Of a DNA stretch of 15,945 nucleotides, positions 1 to 8,092 are shown piece by piece. Origin of the DNA: a virus (lineage: Duplodnaviria; Heunggongvirae; Uroviricota; Caudoviricetes); IMG/VR virus record IMGVR_UViG_2698536395_000013; one strand, written 5' to 3'. Position numbers and translations under genes: made by a program. How positions within the stretch are numbered: position 1 is the stretch's first letter; each line of letters begins with the position of its first letter. The notes under the pieces were generated by a model. That model worked only from the letters and a program-made list of their open reading frames with translations, did not search any database and was not told the origin of the DNA.

Positions 1-212
1 CATTCTGCTTTGGTATACGTTTTACCGAGCATGATGTCTTTTCCTGTATGCCCGTGACATACAGTCCATACACCAACAATATCTTTGTATGGTATGTAGC
101 TGACACCTTCCAGACCATCGTTACCACTTGGGCCAGTGATTAACACTGATGCTATAGCAATTGCTCCGCCACCAATAGCAGCAGCAACGGCTTTTCGTAA
201 TGATGGAGGCAT
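1..212 (-). CDS. rrrD: SAR-type endolysin (phage 21 R / DLP12 RrrD-like lysozyme), N-terminal part only; gene continues past window start
   Basis: Minus-strand ATG at 212..210 translates to [70 protein letters not shown]: Gly/Ala-rich signal-anchor segment followed by the start of a lysozyme domain. Start overlaps the holin stop (TAATG). Family assignment is from memory. Confidence 0.75.
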
Positions 213-427
213 TATTCACCTCTCGCAGCCTTGCGCTTATCTTCTTTAATCTTGAAATAAAGGTTTGTCAGGTACGTCAGCAGGCCAAATACCAGGCTAC
301 CCAGCACACCTATTGCTGCCCACTGTGAGGGCGTGACTTTATCGAGCAGCTGTAAAAACCAGTAACCGGCACTACCTGCTGAGGTGCCATAGGCGACACC
401 CGTTGTTAACTTATCCATGGATTTCAT
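212..427 (-). CDS. essD: class II holin / pinholin (phage 21 S-like), 71 aa
   Basis: Translation [71 protein letters not shown] has two TM segments and a charged C-terminus. Dual-start motif M-K-S-M, SD GAGGTGG upstream of the ATG at 427. The longer track ORF (to 472) has no SD and is rejected. Confidence 0.85.
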
Positions 428-554
428 AACCCCACCTCGCAGACAAAGCGGGTGTAAATTGAGGGAATACAACGTATCGCAAAAAAGCAGAAACGTAACA
501 GACTCGGAGTCAGTGAATAACTCAGGTATTGGGTTATCAGCTAATATCGAGACT

Positions 555-588
555 CAAAAAATGGAAAAACCCGCTCGACGGCGGGTTT
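555..588 (-). terminator. intrinsic terminator on minus strand upstream of the lysis genes (candidate tR'-like late-operon terminator)
   Basis: Perfect 8-bp stem AAACCCGC/GCGGGTTT (plus 567-574 and 581-588) with a 6-nt loop, followed on the minus strand by UUCCAUUUUUU. Position about 100 nt upstream of the holin start matches lambdoid pR'-tR' layout. Confidence 0.45.
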
Positions 589-1015
589 AAGCTGTGTGAC
601 GAAGTAACCACTCTTAACAGCATAACCAATTTTTTACGTACGTAAACCACTAAATGATATTTGCGAGAATGCTACCGAGTATTGAAAACACCACTACAAA
701 TACATAAACAAATCTCAACAAATAACCAACAAATAATTTCCAGCGTTATTTTTAGCCGATTTAAATTGAACCTTCAAATTATAGGGCACTTATAAATAAC
801 AGCCATTAATATAAATTGGCTAATAGATTTATTTTTATTCAGCCAAGAGCCATGAATAGGATTCGATAGAAAAAGTTCAGATAAAAATAGAGATCTACTT
901 CACAAATCAAATGAGAAACCAAAACTTACATCTTGAAATAATCACATTGATTAGATGAATATTTATCGCGCAGTGACATCATTTTTTAATAATAGTTCAA
1001 AAAAAAGGGCTCACG

Positions 1016-2098
1016 ATGAAAAAATTAACAGTGGCAATTTCTGCTGTAGCTGCATCAGTACTGATGGCGATGTCTGCTCAGGCAGCTGAAATTTATAATA
1101 AAGACAGTAACAAGCTGGATCTGTACGGGAAAGTTAATGCTAAGCACTACTTCTCCTCTAATGATGCAGATGATGGTGATACTACTTATGCCCGTCTTGG
1201 CTTCAAAGGTGAAACCCAAATCAACGATCAACTGACTGGTTTCGGTCAGTGGGAATATGAATTCAAAGGCAACCGCGCTGAATCTCAAGGTTCCTCCAAA
1301 GATAAAACCCGTCTTGCCTTCGCTGGCCTGAAATTCGGTGACTACGGCTCCATCGATTATGGCCGTAACTACGGTGTAGCATACGATATTGGTGCATGGA
1401 CCGACGTTCTGCCAGAATTCGGTGGCGATACCTGGACCCAAACAGATGTATTCATGACTGGTCGCACCACAGGTGTTGCAACTTATCGTAACAATGACTT
1501 CTTTGGTCTGGTTGATGGTCTGAACTTTGCTGCTCAGTATCAGGGTAAAAATGACCGTACTGACGTAACTCAAGCTAATGGTGATGGTTTCGGTTTCTCC
1601 ACTACTTATGAGTATGAAGGTTTCGGCGTAGGTGCAACCTATGCTAAATCTGATCGCACTAATAATCAGGTTATCTACGGTAACAACAGCCTGAATGCAT
1701 CTGGTCAAAATGCTGAAGTATGGGCAGCTGGTCTGAAATATGATGCGAACAACATCTATCTGGCTACTACCTATTCTGAAACCCAAAACATGACTGTTTT
1801 TGGTAAAAACCATATTGCCAACAAAGCACAAAACTTCGAAGTAGTTGCACAATATCAGTTCGACTTCGGTCTGCGTCCGTCCGTTGCTTATCTGCAATCT
1901 AAAGGGAAAGACTTGGGTGCTTGGGGTGATCAGGACCTGGTTGAATATATTGATGTAGGTGCAACCTATTACTTCAACAAAAATATGTCCACTTTTGTTG
2001 ACTACAAAATCAACCTGATTGATAAGAGCGATTTCACGAAAGCATCTGGCGTTGCTACCGATGATATCGTTGCTGTAGGTATGGTTTACCAGTTCTAA
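1016..2098 (+). CDS. nmpC: OmpC/OmpF-family general porin (NmpC/OmpD-like), 360 aa, intact
   Basis: Signal peptide [23 protein letters not shown] then [16 protein letters not shown], typical porin beta-strand periodicity, and a C-terminal ...VGMVYQF ending in Phe. AAAGGG SD before the ATG. Lies antisense between Q and the holin, as nmpC does in DLP12. Confidence 0.9.
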   Translation: MKKLTVAISAVAASVLMAMSAQAAEIYNKDSNKLDLYGKVNAKHYFSSNDADDGDTTYARLGFKGETQINDQLTGFGQWEYEFKGNRAESQGSSKDKTRLAFAGLKFGDYGSIDYGRNYGVAYDIGAWTDVLPEFGGDTWTQTDVFMTGRTTGVATYRNNDFFGLVDGLNFAAQYQGKNDRTDVTQANGDGFGFSTTYEYEGFGVGATYAKSDRTNNQVIYGNNSLNASGQNAEVWAAGLKYDANNIYLATTYSETQNMTVFGKNHIANKAQNFEVVAQYQFDFGLRPSVAYLQSKGKDLGAWGDQDLVEYIDVGATYYFNKNMSTFVDYKINLIDKSDFTKASGVATDDIVAVGMVYQF

Positions 2099-2104
2099 TT
2101 TGAT

Positions 2105-2149
2105 TACTAAAACATATGTTGTGGGAGGCTTTGCCTCCCCAACATATAA
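2105..2149 (-). terminator. hairpin plus U-tract on minus strand between Q and the antisense porin gene (possible terminator; also stabilises the 3' end of the porin mRNA on plus)
   Basis: Imperfect 15-bp stem ATATGTTGGGGAGG/CCTCCCACAACATAT around a CAAAG loop, followed on the minus strand by GUUUUAGUAAU. On the plus strand the same hairpin sits just 3' of the porin stop with no T-run. Confidence 0.3.
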
Positions 2150-2286
2150 GTGGCTCCCTCAAGCCACTTCCTTTAGAAGCACAACCTTGCTTCTAACTAT
2201 ATAAACCTTCTGTTATATATTACCCTTTATTTTTGGGGGCGTTTCAACGCCCCATTCTTAATAATTTTTAGTAAACAATTGGCATA

Positions 2287-2670
2287 TTAATTAGAGTTAT
2301 TAACAACGATATCCATCTCTAACCGGATATCTAATGCCATTAACATCCCTTCAATTATGCCCTCAGCCTTCTGTAACCTTTTCCCGATATAACCATCAGA
2401 GCAGCAATGCTTACCTGCCAGTGACATGAATGTCATACCGACTACATAATAATCTACTAATAAATCGTGCAAATCGCTGTTGTTCTTTTTCAGACGGGCC
2501 ATGCACCCGCAAATGATCATCGCGTCATCGTCACAACATTGCGGGCGAGATTTTACTTTTGAAGTAATTAATCCCTTAAAACCGGCGGCAATGGACGACC
2601 AGGTCACATCTTCATGATTATTAGCCGCCCACGCTCCCCAACGCTCAAGAACCATCTGAATATCACGCAT
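2287..2670 (-). CDS. quuD: late-gene antiterminator Q (phage 82 / DLP12 QuuD type), 127 aa
   Basis: Translation [34 protein letters not shown]...[16 protein letters not shown]...[13 protein letters not shown] with Cys clusters typical of 82-type Q. GGAG SD 9 nt before the ATG at 2670. The 5-codon extension in the track (MWSKL) is rejected. Confidence 0.85.
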   Translation of the reverse strand: MRDIQMVLERWGAWAANNHEDVTWSSIAAGFKGLITSKVKSRPQCCDDDAMIICGCMARLKKNNSDLHDLLVDYYVVGMTFMSLAGKHCCSDGYIGKRLQKAEGIIEGMLMALDIRLEMDIVVNNSN

Positions 2671-2755
2671 CAACTTACTCCACAAAAATCAGACCAGAAC
2701 GCCAATTACAAGCAAAAATCAACGAAACAGTATTAGTTGATTGTTATCTCTGACT

Positions 2756-2896
2756 TCATACTCCTGCTCCTGTCAGGGTTTTGGCGTAATTCTTCAGTAT
2801 TCGGTAATCGGTCAAAACAGAACCGGGGAAACGATATAAGCGCAGACGCCCCCAGCGGTGGCGAAGACGTTCTGCCATATAAAACTCAAACATCAT
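2756..2896 (-). CDS. ylcG: small DLP12-type protein YlcG, 46 aa
   Basis: Not in the ORF track (under 60 aa). Translation [46 protein letters not shown]. Its ATG overlaps the rusA stop (ATGA), fitting the rusA-ylcG-Q order of DLP12. Confidence 0.6.
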   Translation of the reverse strand: MMFEFYMAERLRHRWGRLRLYRFPGSVLTDYRILKNYAKTLTGAGV

Positions 2897-3255
2897 TCAT
2901 TCCCCATTTCGGTGATGGTCAGTTCCAGCCTCCCACCTTTGGTAACAGGCATCTTCACAACGCGGTAATCAACGACCTGAGCATCATCCAGCCAGAAACC
3001 TGCTTTAGTGAGTGCGTCAAAAGCGGCTTTTTGCAGATTATCCAGGTCACGGCGACGGCGATCCGGCATGTGGCACTCAATGCGGATTTTCACAGGCATA
3101 GCCAAGCCGATATCCAGCATTGCGTTTTTAATGATTCGGGCGACGTTATCGCGGTATGCCTGCCCCTCTGCGCTGACGTGCGTGCGCCCGCGATTATGGC
3201 GGTAATAGCGATTATTGCTCGGAGGCCAGGGTAATGTGATGCTGTAGGTATTCAC
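2893..3255 (-). CDS. rusA: Holliday-junction resolvase RusA, 120 aa, GTG start
   Basis: Translation (V)[101 protein letters not shown]...; GTG start at 3255 overlaps the ybcO stop (GTGA). The longer track ORF (to 3318) is rejected. Confidence 0.85.
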   Translation of the reverse strand: MNTYSITLPWPPSNNRYYRHNRGRTHVSAEGQAYRDNVARIIKNAMLDIGLAMPVKIRIECHMPDRRRRDLDNLQKAAFDALTKAGFWLDDAQVVDYRVVKMPVTKGGRLELTITEMGNE

Positions 3256-3542
3256 GCCTTGATTACCCCCTCTTTCAGCCAGATAACCTGCGTTCTCGCC
3301 ATACCTTCCAGCGCGCATTCTTTTGCGTACTCAGCATCGACAAAATGCGTGCGGCGGTCGATTTCGTCGTGACAGGCAGAACAGGCAATGGTGGCAATAA
3401 GGTCTGGCGGTTTAATACCGGTGCCACACAGTCCAGCCAGCCGGATATGTGCCAGTACAGACGTTTCAGGGTTGCCATTGCATACGCCAGGGATTCTTAC
3501 CTGGCATTCGCGACCACGCGCTGCTTTTCTCAAATCAGCCAT
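3252..3542 (-). CDS. ybcO: YbcO-family (DUF1364) prophage protein, 96 aa
   Basis: Translation [96 protein letters not shown] with a Cys/His-rich metal-site pattern. AAGGAGG SD directly upstream of the ATG at 3542. Confidence 0.8.
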   Translation of the reverse strand: MADLRKAARGRECQVRIPGVCNGNPETSVLAHIRLAGLCGTGIKPPDLIATIACSACHDEIDRRTHFVDAEYAKECALEGMARTQVIWLKEGVIKA

Positions 3543-3705
3543 GATTCCTCCTTGCTGCCAGTCGCAACCATTTTTTATCAACCAGGCTGGCGGTATATCC
3601 GAGCAGTGTTGGTATTTCGGATGGTTTTAGCTCAGGCTTACGCTTACGACGATTTGGTACTCTGTAGATGTGTCCGTTCATGACACGAATAAGCGGTGTA
3701 GCCAT
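3535..3705 (-). CDS. ninE: NinE-like small protein, 56 aa
   Basis: Not in the ORF track. Translation [56 protein letters not shown]. Its ATG overlaps the NinB-family stop (TAATG) and its stop overlaps the ybcO start. Confidence 0.65.
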   Translation of the reverse strand: MATPLIRVMNGHIYRVPNRRKRKPELKPSEIPTLLGYTASLVDKKWLRLAARRNHG

Positions 3706-4160
3706 TACGCCTCCTGCTTGTCGCGCAGCAGCTGGAACTCGCAGCTCTGCGGAATAGTCAGGTGGCAGCCAATATTCATCGCCCAGGCTTCAACCTTACA
3801 CAGGAAGACATACATCTCTCCGGTATCAAGATCGGAGGTATGGCGTAACGACTGGATAGTAGTGATTTCGCCGGTTACGACATCAACCAGGTCCTTGGTT
3901 TCATAACCGAGGTATGTGTGTTTGAGAGCATCTTTTACCCATGCTGCGGTAGCGAACGATTTCCCCCTGCGGATAAGGTATTCACTGATTTCGCTGTACC
4001 ACATGTGGCTAAGTGCATTCTGGGAAAGACTGCGTCTCTCGCGCCACGGTTTAAGCACCATGCGAAAGCACTTGCCGTCTTCCAAATAAGGCTGGAGCTG
4101 CTGACCGATAGCGGTGAAGTTACCGCGATGCAGTTTGATGCCGTCTTGTGGGAGGTTCAC
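3705..4160 (-). CDS. ybcN: NinB-family recombination protein (DLP12 YbcN-like), 151 aa, GTG start
   Basis: Translation contains [17 protein letters not shown], which parallels the lambda NinB RSLDQN..LW motif. GGAGGTG SD upstream of the GTG at 4160. Confidence 0.8.
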   Translation of the reverse strand: MNLPQDGIKLHRGNFTAIGQQLQPYLEDGKCFRMVLKPWRERRSLSQNALSHMWYSEISEYLIRRGKSFATAAWVKDALKHTYLGYETKDLVDVVTGEITTIQSLRHTSDLDTGEMYVFLCKVEAWAMNIGCHLTIPQSCEFQLLRDKQEA

Positions 4161-4195
4161 GCTTCACCTCCGCAGAGGTCAAACGCTGGATAAAG

Positions 4196-4288
4196 AAAAT
4201 CGCAGGTGCATTTCTGCATCTGTGACGGGAGAAGATAGTTTAGATTGTATGTGCGCATAAACGTCCCCGTTTAGCGCAGAAGTCACCG
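4196..4288. repeat. 93-bp direct repeat, copy A (left boundary of the inserted cassette)
   Basis: 4196-4288 aligns base-for-base with 6518-6610 with about 5 mismatches by my manual alignment. Contains the hairpin GCGCATAAACG-TCCC-CGTTTAGCGC. Confidence 0.85.
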
Positions 4289-4381
4289 GAGGAGTTCAAA
4301 CTCCGGTGACTTAATTATGACAAGTTGATTATTGAAAATCAAAAGTCATTTAAACAATAATGATACCCAGCAAGAGATTTC

Positions 4382-4783
4382 TTATTTTAACTCATAGATC
4401 AGACAGTCAACGATTTCTAAACCATTTACCATAGAATTAGAAACGCGAACTTTACCATCGTTGACTCTAGCAAATCCTTTTAACATTTTATAAACAAAAG
4501 CTGAATCCCCCTTAGCCTCAATTGCTTCTAATGGTATCGGCTTATACTTTTTTGATATGCTATTTCTATTTATCTCACTGATTTTTCTATATATTTCTGC
4601 CGGCCCACGTTCTGAGAAGTCACTGATAACTAAAATATATCTCCAAGATAGATCTGGGTAATAAAACCACATTGCAGCATCAATAGTTAAATTCTGTAAC
4701 TTGAGTTTTTTTAACAAAAATTGACCTGAGAATTCCATATCTTTTGTCAACTCTCTGCCGATTACCAGTGTGCTTTTACCCAT
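4382..4783 (-). CDS. hypothetical protein, 133 aa, partner of the upstream HEPN gene
   Basis: ORF with GGAG SD 9 nt before the ATG at 4783; overlaps the HEPN stop by 22 nt, so the two genes are likely co-translated. AT-rich coding sequence. No motif recognised. Confidence 0.55.
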   Translation of the reverse strand: MGKSTLVIGRELTKDMEFSGQFLLKKLKLQNLTIDAAMWFYYPDLSWRYILVISDFSERGPAEIYRKISEINRNSISKKYKPIPLEAIEAKGDSAFVYKMLKGFARVNDGKVRVSNSMVNGLEIVDCLIYELK

Positions 4784-5178
4784 TTCAAAACTCCAGAATT
4801 TTGGTCACCTACAGCATCAAACAATTGTTCGGCCATAGCTTTACTTATGTTATTGTCGTATCTAAATTGCTCGCTCCAGTCTTTAACGACCGACCAGTTA
4901 ATCTCCAACGAAACATCATTTTTTGCGTCAGCAATCAAAATTTGATGTAAGTTGGCAATTTTGAGAAGTTGCGACAAATCATGAGTATATGAATCATTTA
5001 CGACTTTTTTGTTTGGAAACTCATGTTGTAAAAATGACTTGGCAATACAGGCCTTCAATGCACATTCAACTGCATACCCACAAAGATAATATGCACCATG
5101 AAAAAAGCCATGATCAAGCAAGCATTTGGCCTCATTAAGCCTAGTGTCAGATAATGCTTCAAGGTCGTTTTTATTCAT
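4762..5178 (-). CDS. HEPN-domain protein, 138 aa
   Basis: Translation ...EAKCLLDHGFFHGAYYLCGYAVECALKACIAKSFLQHEFPNKKVVNDSYTHDLSQLLKIANL... matches the classic HEPN helical pattern (A.E.ALKA ... tHDL..Ll). No canonical R-x4-6-H is visible before the His, so catalytic status is uncertain. Confidence 0.65.
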   Translation of the reverse strand: MNKNDLEALSDTRLNEAKCLLDHGFFHGAYYLCGYAVECALKACIAKSFLQHEFPNKKVVNDSYTHDLSQLLKIANLHQILIADAKNDVSLEINWSVVKDWSEQFRYDNNISKAMAEQLFDAVGDQNSGVLKWVKAHW

Positions 5179-5477
5179 ACAATTATAACTTGAATTATCC
5201 TAATTTTTATGATTATACCCTTATCAGGTATGATGTAGGAACTGAAAACAATATTGGATATCATTTTCGGTATTTCTCTGCAAATTCCAGCCCACAGGAT
5301 CTCGGTGTACAATCTGTCGCTGATCGCGCAAATTTAGGGTCAATCACTTCATTTTTTGCATCAAACCCTCACTAACATCGAACGATTATAGTACAAGTAG
5401 TGTTCTTGACTTCTCATTAAACCGTCAGCATTCAATTAATTACAAAATACTAGCGGCATTTCTCTCCCGCAACTTTA

Positions 5478-6221
5478 TTACAGCCGTTCAGAACGTAAAT
5501 GCGTCAATACTCGACTCCACTTATCATCCTGCCACGGCCGGAATTTTACATGTGCCGTTTCTCTGGCAAGGATTGCCTGTGCCTTATTGAGTATCCGGGG
5601 ATATTCTTGTTCGATTGAAGTGAAGCGACCGGCTTCGCGGTGTTCTGCTACCTGAAGAAGCGGAGTGACGTTTTGGCAAGCGGTTAACATTGTGTCACTT
5701 GCCCGCCATAACCAAGCAAGTGTGCAAAGTTCGTTATCAGTGAATTGTTTTGTGATTGGGGATTGTTGAATTTCTCGATCGAGAATATCCAGCACCCAGC
5801 GGCGGAATTCTTTGGCCACAGGAGTGCGGGCGAACATGGCGATCAGATGGGCGCCACGGAGGGAGAAAATGCGAGTCTTCTTACGATAATTTCCTGAGGT
5901 CGTTGATTCGACGACCTGAGACATTCCGTCAGTAAACTCATCAATATTTTTGTTGTAGATGTCGGTTACTGCTTTGGTGCTGGCATATTTTAATGCTGCC
6001 GCCAATTCTTTGCTGGTAAACCAGATCTGGTTGTTGTGATTTATAGGAGTGAATTTTACATCGCGGAATGCGAGCTGAGTGACCATAGCGATAATCTCGT
6101 TTTGAATTTGAGCTATCACCACCGACGACGCCAATCGACTGGTGGTGGACTGTGCAAGGTTGGCGTAACCGGTCAAAACGAAATCCGGCGCTTCCGAAGA
6201 AGCCCTCACACAGCCCACCAT
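5478..6221 (-). CDS. Bro-N domain protein (Roi / antirepressor-like), about 247 aa; start uncertain
   Basis: Translation contains FRDVKFTPINHNNQIWFTSKELAAALKYASTKAVTDIYNKNIDEF, which resembles the Bro-N DNA-binding domain. Start chosen at MVGCV (ATG 6221) because the longer track ORF (to 6323) would read through an intrinsic terminator at 6249-6270. A later start at MVTQ (6089) is possible. Confidence 0.55.
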   Translation of the reverse strand: MVGCVRASSEAPDFVLTGYANLAQSTTSRLASSVVIAQIQNEIIAMVTQLAFRDVKFTPINHNNQIWFTSKELAAALKYASTKAVTDIYNKNIDEFTDGMSQVVESTTSGNYRKKTRIFSLRGAHLIAMFARTPVAKEFRRWVLDILDREIQQSPITKQFTDNELCTLAWLWRASDTMLTACQNVTPLLQVAEHREAGRFTSIEQEYPRILNKAQAILARETAHVKFRPWQDDKWSRVLTHLRSERL

Positions 6222-6248
6222 AATTTTTGTGTAGACGTGCACTGCGCA

Positions 6249-6270
6249 TAAAAAAACCGCGAACGCGGTT
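6249..6270 (-). terminator. intrinsic terminator on minus strand (nin-region tR-like) immediately upstream of the Bro-N gene
   Basis: 6-bp stem AACCGC/GCGGUU with a 4-nt loop, followed on the minus strand by UUUUUUA (plus 6249-6254 is TAAAAAA). Confidence 0.5.
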
Positions 6271-6330
6271 ATGCGTCGTTTTGATGTCCGGGACGCCAAT
6301 CCCGTGTGCCGATTTTGCGGCAACGCACAG

Positions 6331-6360
6331 AATATAGCGCCGGATAAATAATGTCGTCAA
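6331..6360 (-). promoter_or_regulatory. candidate sigma70 promoter on minus strand feeding the terminator/Bro-N leader
   Basis: Minus-strand TTGACG (6360..6355), 18-nt spacer, TATATT (6336..6331). The spacer is 1 nt longer than optimal. Sequence-only prediction. Confidence 0.3.
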
Positions 6361-6517
6361 CCCTTGCATATGGGGGGCGCGATGATCACTACTACCACCA
6401 TAATCGCTCCAACTGTTGCAACTACTTTAGGCTAAGACATCACGATTTCCATATCACCTTTAGCCGCCAGACAAACAGAGACTCCCTGTTCTTGGCTGCC
6501 AAAAACACCGAATGCAA

Positions 6518-6610
6518 AAAATCGCAGGTGTATTTCTGCATCTGTGGAGGGAGAAGAGAGTTTGGATTGTATGTGCGCATAAACGTCCCCGTTTAGCGCA
6601 GAAGTCACCG
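6518..6610. repeat. 93-bp direct repeat, copy B (right boundary of the inserted cassette)
   Basis: See copy A; the two copies are 2322 bp apart. Similarity stops abruptly on both sides of each copy. Confidence 0.85.
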
Positions 6611-6838
6611 TAGTTGTTCATATTCTGATGACATGATAATTTCCTATTGAATAGAAAAAATTAACACGACTCATTCTTATGACTGGAAAAAGCAATCATG
6701 CTAATAATCATTGTTGTTCCAGTTCCAAATGCAGCGAAATAATCACCAATATTTTTTCTACCGGTTTCGACTTTGATGCTATATTCTGCTAACACCTAAC
6801 TAACACTACGTTTCACACAGCAATTACATGGAAATAAC

Positions 6839-7186
6839 ATGACTATCAAAGCGACTGACATAGAGATTCTTCATCGTTATGCTGAAGGGGTAATGGAACG
6901 TTCTAACCATCATGCAAAAAATGTTGGTGCAGCCGCTCTTACATTGCTAGGAGGTGTTATCTGGAAAGCCCTGCCCGGATCAATCGAGATAAGAACGTAT
7001 AACGGAAGTCTTGCAAATATGGTGTGGTGGCAAAGCGAAAGAACATTAAAAAATTATGCAATCTCATACAACCATAATTCATGTGAAATTGAAATGAGAG
7101 ATGAATCAGTCAAAGGTGCTGTATTATTTAGCATTTCCAACGAAACCACTCCAGAAAAAATATTATCACAGCTTTCTGAGCTTTAA
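6839..7186 (+). CDS. hypothetical protein, 115 aa, solitary plus-strand gene inside the minus-strand early-right operon
   Basis: ORF MTIKATDIEILHRYAEGVMERSNHHAKNVGAAALTLLGGVIWKALPGSIEIRTYNGSLANMVWWQSERTLKNY.... Very AT-rich gene and upstream region. Extended -10 TGcTATATT at 6777-6785. Followed by a hairpin at 7192-7209. No family recognised. Confidence 0.55.
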   Translation: MTIKATDIEILHRYAEGVMERSNHHAKNVGAAALTLLGGVIWKALPGSIEIRTYNGSLANMVWWQSERTLKNYAISYNHNSCEIEMRDESVKGAVLFSISNETTPEKILSQLSEL

Positions 7187-7191
7187 TTAAA

Positions 7192-7209
7192 GGCGGTGCT
7201 AACACCGCC
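7192..7209 (-). terminator. hairpin between the convergent 115-aa gene and P; candidate tR2-like terminator for the minus-strand operon
   Basis: 7-bp stem GGCGGTG/CACCGCC with loop CTAA. On the minus strand it is followed by UUUAAUUAAAG; on the plus strand there is no T-run. Confidence 0.4.
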
Positions 7210-7390
7210 CATACCATTACTCCACATCTTACGCAACTTGATAATTATGCTCTATTAAATACCCACAATATTTCATCAATGCATGGGTCAGCTACAAAAT
7301 GTTTACCGTGGTAATTCCTGTTTTCGCAACATCTCAAAAGAACAATAAACACTGTATTTCTTCAAGTAACGAAGAATCTTTCTTTGCCCG

Positions 7391-8092
7391 TCATACACTT
7401 GCTCCTTTCAGCCCAAACTTAGCTTTGATTTCTGCGATCTTCGCCAGAGCCTGTGCACGATTTAGAGGTCTACCGCCCATAACAGGAAGTTGTTTTACTG
7501 GTTCAGGTATCGTCTCACCACGGTTAATTCGCGCTGTCATACAGGTCAGTTCATCGGCAGCCTTGCGCCGTAATTCCGCGTCAGTCAGCGCATTGGCCCG
7601 CATGTTCTGGTACAGGTTGGTAACCAACCAGTAATGCGCGTTCGATTTCCACGGATAAGACTCTGCATCCGGATACAGGCCACGCTTCCGGCAATACTCG
7701 TAAACCATATCAACCAGCTCGCTGACGTTTGGCAGCCCGGCGTTAACGGATGCTTCTTCCCGGCACCATGCAACAAACTGCCCGGGTGATGGCAGAAATG
7801 GTCTATTCTGCCGACGGGCAACACGCATTCCGGCGCTCACCTGTTCCATCGTGGTGATCCCGTTTTCCCGGAAAGCCAGAACCCACTGGCGGCGGATTTC
7901 GTTCAGTTCGTTCTGGTCACGATTAGCCAGGCTCGCCGGGAAAGTTGCCAGTAACTGGCTGAATACACCGTTGATTATCTGCGCTACCTGCTGTACCTGC
8001 GGCTTTTCGTCGTACTGTTCCGGCATGTTGTTGGCGATCCGACGCATCTGCTCACGGTCAAAGTTAATCATCTGTGCGGCGATGTTTTTCAT
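7391..8092 (-). CDS. P: replication protein P (DnaB helicase loader), 233 aa
   Basis: Translation MKNIAAQMINFDREQMRRIANNMPEQYDEKPQVQQVAQIINGVFSQLLATFPASLANRDQNELNEIRRQWVLAFRENGITTMEQV...AKIAEIKAKFGLKGASV is close to lambda P as I recall it. ATG overlaps the O stop (ATGA). The extended track ORF (to 8197) is rejected. Confidence 0.9.
   Translation of the reverse strand: MKNIAAQMINFDREQMRRIANNMPEQYDEKPQVQQVAQIINGVFSQLLATFPASLANRDQNELNEIRRQWVLAFRENGITTMEQVSAGMRVARRQNRPFLPSPGQFVAWCREEASVNAGLPNVSELVDMVYEYCRKRGLYPDAESYPWKSNAHYWLVTNLYQNMRANALTDAELRRKAADELTCMTARINRGETIPEPVKQLPVMGGRPLNRAQALAKIAEIKAKFGLKGASV

Noticed and set aside
1055-1897. 280-aa minus-strand ORF antisense inside the porin gene
   Set aside because: It lies entirely within a strongly supported porin CDS and its translation is low-complexity, so it is an antisense shadow ORF.
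2737-3683. Plus-strand ORFs 2737-3234, 3008-3205, 3345-3683, 3388-3630 and minus ORF 3275-3478
   Set aside because: All overlap the recognisable rusA, ybcO and ninE genes in other frames or strands, and their translations are Arg/Ser/Cys-rich nonsense.
5941-6369. 142-aa minus-strand ORF overlapping the Bro-N gene, and the N-terminal extension of the Bro-N ORF to 6323
   Set aside because: It is an alternative frame of the Bro-N region. The extension would require translation through an intrinsic terminator hairpin (6249-6270) and has no SD.
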